DNA of 64,000 nucleotides from Octopus sinensis (lineage: Eukaryota), in the NCBI RefSeq assembly GCF_006345805.1, contig NC_043004.1:72168001-72232000 (forward strand), read 5' to 3'. The position numbers and the translations under genes were made by a program. Within the stretch, counting starts at the first letter, position 1. Each line of letters begins with the position of its first letter. Positions 25,600 to 39,545 of this stretch are shown here, piece by piece. The notes under the pieces are model-generated. The model saw nothing but the letters and a program-made list of their open reading frames with translations. It had not been told where the DNA came from and ran no database searches.

Positions 25600-28400
25600 A
25601 AATGGGGGATTTATAAAATTTATTTGTAAATCAGTTCAATTCTGTTTTTTTCTTTTTGGCTAATTCATCGATCACTTTGGTATGAAATGTATTAGCACTA
25701 CGGTTTACCTTCATCCTCTTCAAAAGGTCGTTACTCAAGGAAATGAAGACCAAATTAGTCAAACTTGCTTCCCTTTGAGAACCTCTCGTTTATTTATTCG
25801 CTTTAAAGAAGAAAGTTATTTCTCAAAGGAAGGAGACGTGGTAGGTATGGTTAGAATTAGACGTTGCAATTTTGTTACTTCGGCCAGAGTTTGGTTCATG
25901 CTTCTGTATTATGATTGGATGTTTAACACTTTCTTTGCAAAATCTGCCGCATAAACTGATTTCAGCTCGCATTCAATCCATCTAAATCCAATATAGTTTT
26001 ACAAACATCCAAAGATGAAAACACGTCCATCGAAATTTTTTATCGTAAGCGTGAAAAAGCTTTGGATTTAACAATGCAACAAATCTGAACTCAAAGATTT
26101 TAAACAACGATGTTTCAAATCTTTGCTCAAGGTGAACAATAACAACATATAAAATGTTGTTAAACAAAATTCTTAACACAGCTTCTAATTCTTGATGTCA
26201 ACTACGCTTCTCTGAAGAACCCGGCAGAAAAATTCTTGTTCTTTATATTGTAGTGAACACTAGGATTTTACCCCTTTTCACCAAATTATCAACTAATTAG
26301 CATGAGTGAGTCACGCTTGAGACATGCGATCTGAACAAGAGCATCATTTTTTCGACCAATCGGTCCGCAGGAGATCAGACTACTAGTTCAAACATCATCT
26401 CAGGTTTCCTTGTGATTCGTGCCCTTTTTCCCAGTTTAATAGTTTAACGTTAAATCAACCAGAACTCTAATGTCACTCGAAGAGAACACAATTTAGCTCT
26501 CACAAAGCAAACGAAAGATAAAGCATCAACAAGATTCAGAAGTTTCGCATCTTGAAGTTAACTAATACAAGACCAATCATTGTTTAGTCAATTCTCATAT
26601 TATTTTAATCTCTCTACCAATTAGGATTTGAGAGTTTGTTTATGTATATTCAGCCTTATCGTAAATAAATTTGATGTTAATCATTCAAGAGTTTTGCTTC
26701 TGCTTGTAATATAAGCAACCGGCCTAAATTCACACCGCGATTGATACAACAGCTACACGTAACACAACAATATCAATCAAATGGTTTTTGAAGATCTCAA
26801 CCTCACAAATACACTCCGAAATATCAAATGAATTTATTTGAAGAATCGAAAGCAGAATCTTTGAGCCACTCAATATGGTTTCAAATACCATTAGTAAAAA
26901 TTTAAACTGAAAAACGTCTAGGATTGCAATGAATCCCTTTGCCTGTACTAATTCTTAAGAACTCAGATCCTCAGGGATTTTAATGTGGTTAAAAGTATCC
27001 CAGGAAACAGTCATTTTGTTGAACAAATGAATACTTTACGAGATGAATATTTCAGGTAACTTTGGAAATCATCCTCCAATAATCCGGTAGGGCTTTCAAG
27101 CTGTCAAGCTGAAATTCCTGTTAAAGATTGAAAGAAAATTCGATATTCATAATTAGCTGAAGCCAATTGGGAGAGTACCAAATTAAGTAAATGTGCATAA
27201 CATTGGTCGCGCCAAAATCTCCGTTCTTGCCTGCACTCCATTCAAATGATCAGCATCATGTTCACTCCATCAAAATGATGAATTTTTGGCCACAGTTAAA
27301 TTCTTTAACAAATTTTGGAAATTCACTCAGTGATGCAGCTTTTCTGTCTTTACTTGCATCGACGTATCCCCAAATCCTTTCTTGGGGCATTTCTCTCATC
27401 AACAAATCGCAAAACGTGTATTAATTGAGATTTCATTCGAAGATCCGTAGTCTCATCAAATATAACAGCAACAGATTGTGTCTTTTCTATCATTGCCTTA
27501 ATTCACCTTCACCTGCGGTAGATAAACAATCAAATAATCTCGCTTTGAATATCACTTGAATGTCTAGAAAATATGCAGCTGATGTTTTCCTTCACGAAAT
27601 CTAAATGCGATCTTAAACAATCATTATATTCTACTACTGCTTCACATTTAGCCAGGAAATTAATCTGGGGAATTACAACCGTGTTTCGTAGTCTGCTACC
27701 ACAACAGTTCCTTTATAGGATCCAGTTGGCTCAAGACATCATCAGGAGGAACCACTACCTGTTTCGGCCCCTACTCATCTACCGTTTAGACGTGGCGGGG
27801 CTCCCCTTTCGGAGGTGTCTTCAGCTCTGGTGTTGGGTGCATGTCTTCTTTCTTCTGTTCCCTGGCCTCTTCGGTGTAGCGTCAACGAGTGTCAGCCGGC
27901 GACTGATTGACTTGTCAAATTTTTTCCCTTTAAATACCTGCCGCTAGGCTCCAGCAGGCAGCCCCAGTAAATTTTCACGTGACACTGTCTCAACTTTAAC
28001 TGACCAATGAAGGCGCGTAGTCTTAGCCCTCAGATTCGTCTGTTTCAACGTGTCCTCAAACGGTAAGCTTTTGACAGATCGAAATTTCAATGCAAGGAAT
28101 TAACCTTTTCAATGCATCAATTTTTCTCGACTGATCAATTTTGGAACGCAACCGAAATTGTTCCCCACTTATCGATTGATGCATCAGTTCGGTGTTGGCC
28201 GAAGATTACAGAGGAATCACGGAATTTGGGTGGTTCTGAATGTTTGTGTTTTGTCAAAATTGTAATCAAATCGTGCAAATCGCAGTAGCCAGTAGTTATC
28301 CATATGTTCTTATGCTGATAAAATAACAGACATGAGAAAGAGAAACGTTTGTTCAAAATGAGGCAACCCGTTATTCACTGATACTCTTCATTATACATGG
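25600..28400 (-). mobile_element. hAT-superfamily transposase relic (ZMYM1/TTF-type), interrupted at about 27680-28050
   Basis: Minus-strand FSCLLF..NIWITTGYCDL, AVIFDETTDLRMKSQLIHVLRFV, DHLNGVQA, CYAHLLNLVLSQ, and dimerisation-domain LILTIPTT...SLKRI; many stops and frameshifts. Confidence 0.85.
27690..28030 (-). repeat. Unclassified LTR/pLTR-like dispersed repeat; second copy at about 40070-40400 (+)
   Basis: Shared cattggtcagtt, tcacgtga, cagagctgaagacacctccgaaagg and ctcctgatgatgtc blocks in opposite orientation. Confidence 0.6.
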
Positions 28401-29568
28401 AATGAAAATTATCGATGACATTCCTGGTTGCCCTCAATTTTTATTTCCATTTCAAGCTTTTCTTATCTTTTCCGAGAATGATAATATTCTTGTTATCTGC
28501 AAAGCTTCTTATTGTAAATGTCAGGAAGGTAGAGAGAAAAACTGAGCTAACTGACACTTTTGTCACCCTGCGAGTGAATGAAACCTTGAAAACTGTTACT
28601 GGGATATAATCTTTTTCAATGAATAACTAAAAAATAACAAAGGGCGGTGCTACAGCAAGGTTGCATTCTAATGATTGAAACCAGTAAAAGATAAATATAA
28701 AGTATATACCCTCGGTACCGAATAATCGTATGAAATCAGCAAAAAACAAACTTGCAAATCGACTAAAAATCCATTTCTCGTCTTTAAAATGTCTGAATAT
28801 GAGGAAAGCTTTAAATTCTTTTTTAAGTTAAATCTTTTAAGTTAAATCTTTGGCCTCTGCTACACAGGGCAGTAAAACATGAACACTTCAGGAGAAAATA
28901 TGTTGACACCATGTCTACTGGCTTGAAGACAAATAGTAAAGTATCTGCTTTTCTCTGCCTTTCTTTCTCTTGACCACATTTTGTTATCTTCCCGATGCTC
29001 CCTTCTCGAAGAGAATAATAGAATGCAAGCATAAAAAGCAGCTTTTCTCTGCCTTTGTCTCTCGTGACCACTCCCTAAAAGGAGCAGGAAAGCAATTAAT
29101 TCACTGCTCTTTTTGTATCGCTCAGCAAACAGGACCTTTCTTTACCTAGATAATATCGATTGTTTACAATTTATACCAAGAAATGAAGGAATGGGAAATA
29201 CAAACAATTATCACGAGTACAATGAAGAATATTATCAATAACACTGGTCTACAAGGCTTTTGCTGTTTCGTGATTTATATATATATATATATAAATTAAA
29301 TATAAAATATAAATATTTAAAAATTTAAACTTTTAATAATTTAAATTTTAAATTTTATATTTTTTATATATATATCATATGTTATATTAATTTTATTTAT
29401 TTTTTGTTTTTTATGTTTTGGTTTATGTCTATCACTCTTTGAGTTGCCTAATAGTGGTTATTTCTCTAATTTAATTTATATTTATAGTGTGAAATTTGAT
29501 TTACTCCTAAATCTAATTTTTCCCTGTAAGTTTGGATATACTCCCTAATATTATATATATATATATAT

Positions 29569-29709
29569 AAATATTATTAGAGACAAAACCACTATTTTGC
29601 AAAACAAACAAGGAAAGACTTAATCAATGCATATATTAAAATTTTATGCATTGATTAAGTCTTTCCTTGTTTGTTTTGCAAAATAGTGGTTTTGTCTCTA
29701 ATAATATTT
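29569..29709. repeat. Perfect 65-bp inverted repeat with an 11-nt loop
   Basis: 29569-29633 is the reverse complement of 29645-29709. Confidence 0.85.
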
Positions 29710-29842
29710 TATAATATTTTACTATAAAATTGGATTTAATCCTAAATCTGATTTTTTCCCTGTAAATTTGGATTTATTCCCTAATATTTATTATATATAT
29801 ATATATATATATACATACATATATATACACATACATACATAT

Positions 29843-29898
<56 letters not shown>

Positions 29899-32800
29899 AT
29901 ATACATATATACATATATATATGTGTATATATATATACGTACATATATATATGAATACATACAAACATTCATACCTAAAGAAACTGGAGTAAAAAAGGAA
30001 GTCCACGTATTTAAAAGATGTTACAAGTTGAAACAAGAAATATCTTTGTAGATTTACAGACGCTGAGACATTAAGCCGTCAATAAATTTAAAGTTAATGA
30101 AAATGTAATATTTACAATAGCTTCCGGTTGCTGAACACAAAACATAAACTAACATCTAGTTAATAGATAATTATTCGTGATTGATTTGTTAAGTTGAGCG
30201 GATTTTTTCTTAATATACCGTTGTAATGATTTTACACGGGTAAATGACTATTTCTGGTGAATGGCGATCTAGTTAACATTTAGTATCTAAAACAACAGTT
30301 TTCATATAATTTTCTAATAAAGACGCTTTTTATATCATACAACAATACTTAGGATAAAAGTTGTTTTTTTTTATTCGTTACTTAAGACGACTCACTGGAG
30401 AGAGAAATGTTCTTTTACTGAGACCATCGTCATAAAGAATCTATATTTTTCTTTGTTTGCATCCTTAACTGAACTTATAAATATATACGTGTGTGTTTTT
30501 TTTCTGTGCGGGGGGGCGTGTGTTTGTGAGCATATGTATGTATTTGTGTATACATTTAGGTGTGTGAGTGTATATATATATGTATATATATACATAAATA
30601 TTAACTATATTTATTAACTATATTTGTTGATAGTTATTTAGTTATTATTTTAAATATTTTATAATTGTTAGATATGTACTTAAATCTAATATATGAATAA
30701 TATTTTTCAGTTTATTAATTTACTAATTAAATTTTTGGACTATAACTGAGTTAAGGATATTTGTAGGTTCATGTTTTTTTAAGCTATTTTGTATATTCAT
30801 AAATATCTCTAATAGTTGACTTCGTCTATTATAACTGATATATTGCTATTTTCAATTGATAATTTGCAGTAGTGTTTTCATTGATAAATATATTAGTAGT
30901 ATTTATTGGATACTATATAACTACGGATTGATAATTTCATTAAGTATTTAGTTGTTGAAGTTATGAATTTCTTTATTTCATTTTAGTTCTTAACCATTTC
31001 GGTTTTTATAAGTTATTAATTAGCCAACGAGATATATGGATCGTTTATTAGTTATAGCGTTCTTTTAAAATAGTTTGTTTATAATTTGCTTCTTCATCTT
31101 TAATCTTTTAATTTTTAATATATTTCATAAGTAATAACAAATAATTAATTTATTAGGTTTTTATTATAAGTGCATATATATTTTTTGATAGAGATATTTT
31201 TAGATCTTAATTCTTATATTTATATACATTTTTATATATATTCATTGATAATTTAGTTATTATTCAAATATTACATAATTATTTGATTTGAAATTAAATT
31301 TAATAATGTGAATAGTGATTTTTTTTTTGCTTTATATTTAGGTAAATTAGATATTGACTATAACTGTGATTAGATTATTTGTGGGTTTATTATGTTTTTT
31401 TAAAAGCCATATTATATCTGGATAGATAAATACATTTTCTATATATTCTTACCTTAAAAATTAATATTTAACATTATAATCGATTGTATGACATAATCAT
31501 AATCGTTAAAGTTTCTAGTTTGATAATAGAGTTGTTATAAGAAAAATTTTTATTTTATTTGCTTCTTTAAAAAATATTGTTTAAATATATTTGATTATTT
31601 ATTTAACTATCACCATTAACCTGAAGATTGACTATAACCATAATTCGAATTATTAATTGAATTTAAATTATTGTTATTCGAATTAGGTTATGAGCATAAA
31701 GCGATCGTAGTGGATTTACTTTTTATCTTATATTAAACTCTTTATACTTTTTGATAGTTATATATATCTAATTAAAAAGTAAATAAATAAATAAAATTAA
31801 AATAAATATATATATATAAATATAAATTAATAATTTTTAATTTTTAACTTCAAATTTAAATAATTTAAATTTTGAATTTTATATTTTATATATTTTGTAT
31901 TTTATATGAATTAATTTTATTTCTATGTTTTGGTTTATGTTTTTCACTGTTTGATTTGCCTAATAGTGGTTTTATCTCTAATTTAATTTATATATATATT
32001 GTATTTCGGGATGGTTGTTTGCTTTTTTGCCTTATAGACACACGCACTATATATTTTTTCTTCACTCGTTTATTACTGTTCTTATTTTATTATTTCAACT
32101 CATGTCAATTGTTCAGAAATCTTTCGTCGCTCATCTGTGTGTTGGTAGTACTTTAGCCTCTATGCTATTAATCGAGCCTCTACGTTCTGCCTGAGTATGC
32201 TGGTAGAACACTGACAAGCCTTTCCTTTCTTTGAACTCTCGCTAATCCTCACCTATACGCTTTCATATACTACGTACAGTCATACAAATATAGGTAGGTC
32301 AGCGATTTTATGTATGTATTTCACACCACGTCGTCATGGAGTGTTGTATTTTTCTCTCAGTTGCAAGCACAAACCTAATCGAAAACTCAACAACATCATT
32401 TCAAAAGACTTGACACGTCATCGTATAAAGACTTCCATAAAACATGAGAAGCTAGAAGTTTCCAGCATAAATACCAGACATCTCTTACTACATTCTGCCA
32501 TCCAATATGAATAATATCTATTTCTGCAATATCTATTTCTCAAGCGAAATAGTTGAGGGTTTAGTACCCCAGCATTCAAACATGGTAAGTACCAAAGCAC
32601 GCAAACTAACTACTTTAACGGAGGCTAAATGCACTTTCAGAAACAAAAATCCATGTTGCTTCAGCCATTAATGTAACGCCGAGAAGCAATGTATGTTTGA
32701 TAGATGGCTCTTCTGACAAAGCTATCGTTTATATATGACATAATTATTATATCTGTATGGTCAATGTTACATACAAGTTATGTTATCACAATCATGCACC

Positions 32801-35800
32801 ACCTCTTCCTTATGACACATAAGAAAGAGGAATATGGTAACATCGTTATCCGTTTGGATTTGGAATTTAAAAATATCCTGCTGTTTATTTCTGTATCAAA
32901 TGGAAGATCCTAAAGACAATATATAAATAAATGAGAGGTAAGCATAGCTCAGAAGAGTTGCATACAGAAAAATGTTAACTATTGCGAAATTACTTAAACA
33001 ATCAGAAATCATTAAGAGATGTTTTCACTATGATAAATACCTTCTATAGTTCTGGCTGATCGCGCCACCATTAAATAGAACAATTTCACTTATTTCTTTT
33101 ATCTCACGTCCTCACAATTTATATTTATCTTTAGAAACGCTAGTACGGATTCGTAAATCTTTATATTTTTCGCCACTCGTTTTCCTCCTTAATTGACATT
33201 CCCCTACACACAATCATCAGTGAACTTCTCCATCTTTCCTTTACTAATTTTTATAACTCTTGTTCTTTTAAGCATTTTATGTAGTTTTTTTTTCTTTTGC
33301 TTAGATATCATTATTTTTATTTTCCTACATTGTATATCATTTCACCGCAGAAAATAATATTTCTATACAACGAACTGCGGCCCATAAAACTCTCTTTTAC
33401 ATTAGTATGAAATATAAAACCCACATCTTTAACATATCCAAACTTTTATCAACACAAAAATCTTTGCATATTATATTACTGACCGTTATATTTGAGATTA
33501 CTCGCTGTAAATATATATATATGGGGGGTGTAAAGATAGAATTACTGGAAATTTTCTCTGGAATACCTTTGTCATAAAATGCATAACGGTACCTGCAGAC
33601 TAACATAATATAATTAGCAACATACAATAATTAATAGATTCGTCGTGCCTCTGCTTTATGTGGAAGTCTGTAATACAGAAGAATACCCTGATCGTTACCC
33701 AAACTTACATTTCATTACACCGTACAGTTTAGGCTTTAATATATTAAGAATTTTGGCATTTTCTATCTTACATCTCTGACTACGGGAGTCACATTAACGC
33801 TACTTCGTCTTCTAATTTCGGGTTCAGTTTCAATTTACAAAATATCATTTCTAGACGCTTCATTAAGTATGTTAATCTACACCTAACTGTATTGAAACGT
33901 AATTATCTAGTTGGCTTTGGAACCTTCATTCACCATGCATTACTTACCTGATAATGAGTGAGTCTAAACTCTTAGCAGTTGCTGAAAGAATTAGAAATTA
34001 CAACCAAATCTTAATCACATCCCACTTCACGACTTAAGAACTCATCCGGATAATTTGGTCTTTATTGAACACTGTCTGCAAACAAAGACGAGATGATAAT
34101 AGCTGCAATTCCTGGAATATAAAACGTTACTCAGTCCGGGCTCCAACAGACGTATTGCCAAATAACATTAACAACACTAGACTTCCAAACTTCTAAGCTC
34201 TCTTCTGTTACAATGGCATACATTCCTCTGAATTTGCTAATTGTACCTAAACTCATCTCTCAATTGCCCGTCATTACGAATACATTTTATAGTTTTAATT
34301 CTGAGATATTTTTCATGACTCTTTTTAAGTAGTGACATGATTAGACTTTTTGTGGGTAGATGAACACGCATCAAACCAACCTTAATACATAACTTAGGCA
34401 CTTCTATCGGTCGACGCTAAGTCAAAGTGTATGTATCATGGCTAGATCCTAACGCAGAAGTCAGAATAAGAAATATTGTAAAGAGGTTTGTTCCCAAATT
34501 GGAATAGTAACTTAAGAAGACCATACCTTTCTCGGAGGACGTTATCCATGTTTACACTAATCCAAAATACAAGCTTAATCAGCTTCATTTCATGAAAATT
34601 CTAACCTCTTACAATAATCTATATCTGGCCACTCCCCTTTCAACATCATTAATAATAATTGGTCTAGTGCAAAATAAAAACAAATAAACAAAGTGAGAGC
34701 TATCAATATACTGCGAAGTTAAAATCCATTTCTTTTGTTCATCAAGTGTGTAAATATATGTGACTTGTTTCAAGCAGTTTATTTGCATAGAAGTGGACAT
34801 TGATTGGAAAACGAAGCCTATGACATAACTGACAACATACTTATAATCCTGATCACAAAACACTCGAGATAGAAAGAAAAAGACTAAAATAGCCTAACGG
34901 CAACCTCTAGTGTTAGAGGGAAGGTAATTTCATTTTGCCCACATATATTTACAAAGGTGGACAAGAATTGACGATATTGTTTTAAGGACATCTTTTTTGA
35001 AGGCAGTATTAAATCAACTGGTTTGATCGACCTGTGTCAGAACGACGATAAAATACTAAATAACCCCGTTTACCGAAGCTGGAAAAAAAGAGAAGCATCA
35101 AGTGACAGATCTTCTTTCCAGTGAGACACCTGTTTCGGCGAATTTCTGTAACAGTCATGAATCTTAAAGGTAAGAGAATTAATGTTATTAGGAATTGAAT
35201 GATAAAAATAACCACAATTTTTTCGATAATTCTCTGTTAAAAAACACTATCACTGATTTGTGCTTTCATAACATTTGTTTTGCCATTACCATTTCCCATC
35301 TTCAAGGAAGAGAAGACGGTGGCTTTGTAGAAGTTATACACGACTGATATCATCTTTGATAAATTTAAGTTCTGATTTCGAATCCTATAGAGTTTTCTGT
35401 TCATCTACCCGTCTATTATATGGCCATTATCTATGATAGAAATCATTTTTATTTTTAGATAGAGGGCAATAAATGCGCAAATCATGCGAACTAAATGCCA
35501 CTATCTAATCTCTATTCGACTTCCCCTATCGCATATAAGATACAGAAATTCGATCCAAATGATTATATAATTTTTGCTTTACAAAACCGCGTCTTTGTAC
35601 ATTTCTAAGAACGTATTATCGTTTCTAGTAACGAATTTTATCTAAACCTATTGAATGGAACACTTGATTTCAGCAATAACAACAATATAACGTTATTGAA
35701 TTAGCTTACTTCTAAATTCGTAAGACAGGGAGCGGTTGGGTAAAATATTTCTTCTGAACACTGTAACACGCGGTCTACCTCTGGATATGAACCTATACGA

Positions 35801-36499
35801 TTTTACAATTATTATTCAGTCTCATGCTTCAGATTAAACGTTTCTAAATTTTGACACTTCTTGTTTCTGCAAATGTAACTTTTCACTACGACTACAATTA
35901 GAATATTAGTTAGCTGTACTAGGACTCGATCCCAACATTATGGAAGGCCTTCAAAAACACGAAGATATACCACGCATGTGTTTCATTGACTTAGCATTTG
36001 CTTCGATATTCAACACTAGAAACTGTGAGAGGAATTACCTTAAGTGAAACACAGCAAGTAATTTGTCTCTAAGAATGAAATATTGTTTCCTCAGATAATT
36101 CGTTCCATGCATTGCAGACATGTGAAGTGAATGACATAATCCGGTATTCTTTAGTATCTTGCCAGATATAAAATATTTTCCAAAGGTTTCGGAAGGGTTT
36201 TTATTATAACCCTTTGGTATGTTATCATAAGAAATGTTGAATGCAGATATATCTTTGCTTCAGAGTTCGGAATTTTTATTTACGGACGGTATCATAATTT
36301 TAAACTTTTAATCGATGTAATCGATGGGTGCCACTTTCTTGTACATATTTGTAGGTTCATGTATTTGCATGTTCCATTAGAGCTGTGAAAAGAATTCTGA
36401 ATTTATTCATTTCTCTTTCACTTCGAAGTTTTCGGTGTGTAAATACCGTGAAGCAATTTTCTCATTTTTTGACGCAAAAGAAATTTTTTTTTGTGAATC

Positions 36500-37640
36500 T
36501 TCATCGGCAAGCACAACAACAAAATACCACGATAAAACGATGGCAAGAAAAGCCCTTACATGGCACATGTTGGGATAAGATAAACAGAAATAAGATAAAC
36601 AGAAAAGAAATAGACAATAGTTGAGAAGCTCAGGACTCAAAGCAGAGACAGAAGGAGTTTTAATTGTAACACAGAATGGAAACCTTGCAACCAGAAACAT
36701 AACGAATAGAAATACAAGTAACTGCAGATTATATGGTGATAAGGAAGAAACAATAATTCATATTGTCTCCGTCTTCCCAGTTTTAGCCTAAAACGATTAT
36801 AACCATCTACATGACAGAATTGGGAAGCTATGCCAACACAATGGAATGACATCAGAAAAAAGACGGCATAGGAACATCCCAGAAAAGGTATCAGAAAATG
36901 ACAAAGCAACTGTATACCAGGATATGCCAAATAAAGCCGGATATATTTGCCAGAGATAATCAAGACAAAGGTATCTTCTATTTAATGTATCAATATAGAT
37001 GGCAATGTATTTCTAAAAGAAACGTAGGAACTCTCAAAATACAAAAATCTGGAAATTGAGATAACCCGAATGAGGAGCCTAAAAGCAGAAAAAAACTATA
37101 ATAATAGGTTCATTAAGTATGATTAAAAAACCTTCAGACAACTATATAAGTAAAACGCCTGGGCTTACGAAAATAGCTACAGAGAATAGCAATACTAAGC
37201 ACCGCACACATCCTACGTAAAAAAATGTTCAATACATTGGAAATAACAGCACCAAAACAAACCACAAAGCATAACCTAAGCACACAGAGCTGCACTTGGT
37301 AGTGCAGTGAATGCACGTAATAAAAATAAGACTACTAAATAATAATTCCATGTAGCTACAACTGGAGTTACTGGAAACATAAGTGGGACTGGCTGAAGAA
37401 AGGAACACTAAAAAAAAGAGACCGAGAGCACAATACTGCAAGCGCTAGTCCAAGCTTTGGCCGCGAACTGGAGGGTCAAACTTAGGAAAGATCAAGTGTC
37501 TGCGCTGTGTGACATCTGTGATAGTGTGCATGAAGCCATTGTATAAATCACAAACGAATGCCTTAGACTTGCCAAAAACTACTACAAGCTGTGGTGACAC
37601 GATCAAATAGCAAAAGTGCTACATTGCAAAATGTGCGGAA
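36500..37640 (+). mobile_element. Degenerate R4/Dong-like LINE 3' fragments
   Basis: WQEKPLHG, GLKAETEGVLIV, ENLEIEITR and LSTAHILRK remnants. Confidence 0.7.
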
Positions 37641-37907
37641 AATGGGGCTTGATGTGTTTTTCCACCGCAATAACAGGGCGCAATATTTTTCCTATTCCTC
37701 CAAGCTCTGACGAGAATACAGTATTAGTTAGTCGTGCCGGATTCTAGTATCCCTTTTAACATCTAGTGCGAAACCAATTTATTGGTGGTAATGGATATAT
37801 CACACTGTATATTTTGATTAATATACCCACACTATAGACAGATATTTTTCTACATACATTTCTGATTCAAGGATTTTCTCTCTCTCTCTCGTTCCCTCTC
37901 TTTCTGC

Positions 37908-37968
<61 letters not shown>

Positions 37969-38239
37969 TAAGAAAGTTGGTTTGTGAAAGCACGTGATTG
38001 AATATATAGAAAATAGTAAAAAGTGAAAAAACTACAGAAGGCTTAAATGTTAAAAAATATATATTTGCGTCAATATGTCTGAAGAATATTAAAAATTTTT
38101 TTTTTGCTTTATAATGACATAATATAGAAGAAAGACCGGTTTCGCGTTTAGCTTTTCAAATTTCTTGCGACGTTATGTTTATGTTGAACAGTGTTATCGT
38201 TATGTTTATGTTCAAAAGAGTTCTAAATAAGGGGAGGTA

Positions 38240-38760
38240 ATGAGTAATTTCTTCCGGTGTAAGGGAGATAATCGCTTACAAATTTCCCCGAAAATACTAC
38301 CTTACATATCTACATACAACCCCAGAAACAAAGAAGCCTTCACCATCATCACCCAGAATTTACCAATACCTCATAAGGACCCCAAATTAAAGGAAATTCT
38401 AAACATACACCAAATCATTAAAAGCTACAAACAACCTAAATCACTTAAAAAGATTCTCACAAAGGCAAAATTGTCTTCTGATATTACGGATGCAAAAGTA
38501 AAAAAATGTGGTAGATCGAACTGTGCAACATGTCCAAACCTGCTAGAAGGATCAGAATACCTCTTTAAAGAGGGACAGAAATTCAAGATCAAATCTAACT
38601 TTACTTGTGCCTCTGAAAACATAATTTATGTCATAAAATGCTCGGGCTGCCACCAAGACTACGTGGCATCCACGGGACTATCACTCAGACGTAGATGCAC
38701 ACTGCATCGACAACAGATTGCATTCCCAGAATACAGAATGATACCTTTTAGTATCACGTC
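38240..38760 (+). mobile_element. Penelope-like element (linker Cys motif plus GIY-YIG)
   Basis: KCGRSNCATC...FTCASENIIYVIKCSGC..DYVAST...HRQQI; an inverted degenerate hammerhead-like GAAACCGGTC lies at 38128-38166 on the minus strand. Confidence 0.85.
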
Positions 38761-39309
38761 TATATAGGCACATACTCGCATGTACGCACACACGCACACA
38801 TCTATATACGCACATACCCGTACATACCCGCACACACGCACACATACACACGCGCGCGCAAAAAATCCATATACACGTCTATATACACACAGGGAAAATG
38901 CATGGTGGAAGGTCGAATACAGGAAAATTTTGTGTAAAGAATATATAAGCAATAAACCTATAAACCAATATCTCTATAAATATGTAAGATATATATGTAT
39001 AAAAAATATAAATAAAAATATATAAGAAATATAAGTAAAAAGCATAAAGAGATAAAATGCTTGTGCGTAGACACAAAATAGAAAGCAAGTTCTATCTGTA
39101 GTTTCGGGGGGGGGGACAAAAATGTAACAAATATTTGGCCACTTGTGGGCATGTCCCAAAAAGTTCAGTTCTTGAATTCAGACATGTAGCGGGGTCTAAG
39201 CTGCTTTTCCAGATGAGCCATCTTTCCATATCACATAGACTGCACTTTCCACTGCCGTTGGTGTAGGGCTTATACTTGGCTAAGATCTTCCAATGGATGT
39301 AGTAACTGA

Positions 39310-39545
39310 CAACTTTATCTTTTAATGACCATATATGACTGGATAATTTGGTCGTTTTCCTTTTATCCTAGTGCTCAAGGTGTGATTATTGAACCTGGCA
39401 TTGAAATTACCTTCTGTAAGGCCCACGTATTTCTTCGTCGAAACCGTGTCTTTAGTGGGTATAGAGTCCACGGTGGCTTCGTAAATGATGGTCAGGGATA
39501 TGCAAGCTCCATTTAGCGGGCACAAATGTTTATCACTGCAAGGTC
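39310..39545 (-). mobile_element. Penelope-like GIY-YIG fragment
   Basis: CPLNGAC...IIYEATV...KYVGLTEGNFNARFNNH. Confidence 0.8.

Noticed and set aside
27725-27850. Possible hammerhead in the unclassified repeat (also 40270-40360)
   Set aside because: The CTGAAGA/GAAAC/CTGATGA pieces could not be arranged into a type I, II or III fold with paired stems
33948-34112. Minus-strand splice-like signals (cag|gtaagt and ttccag|, ttcag|)
   Set aside because: No open partner exons or paralogous support; expected by chance in 64 kb
35833-35880. Signal-peptide-like IKRF*ILTLLVSAN after an acceptor-like site
   Set aside because: In-frame stop and the wrong donor phase; insufficient support
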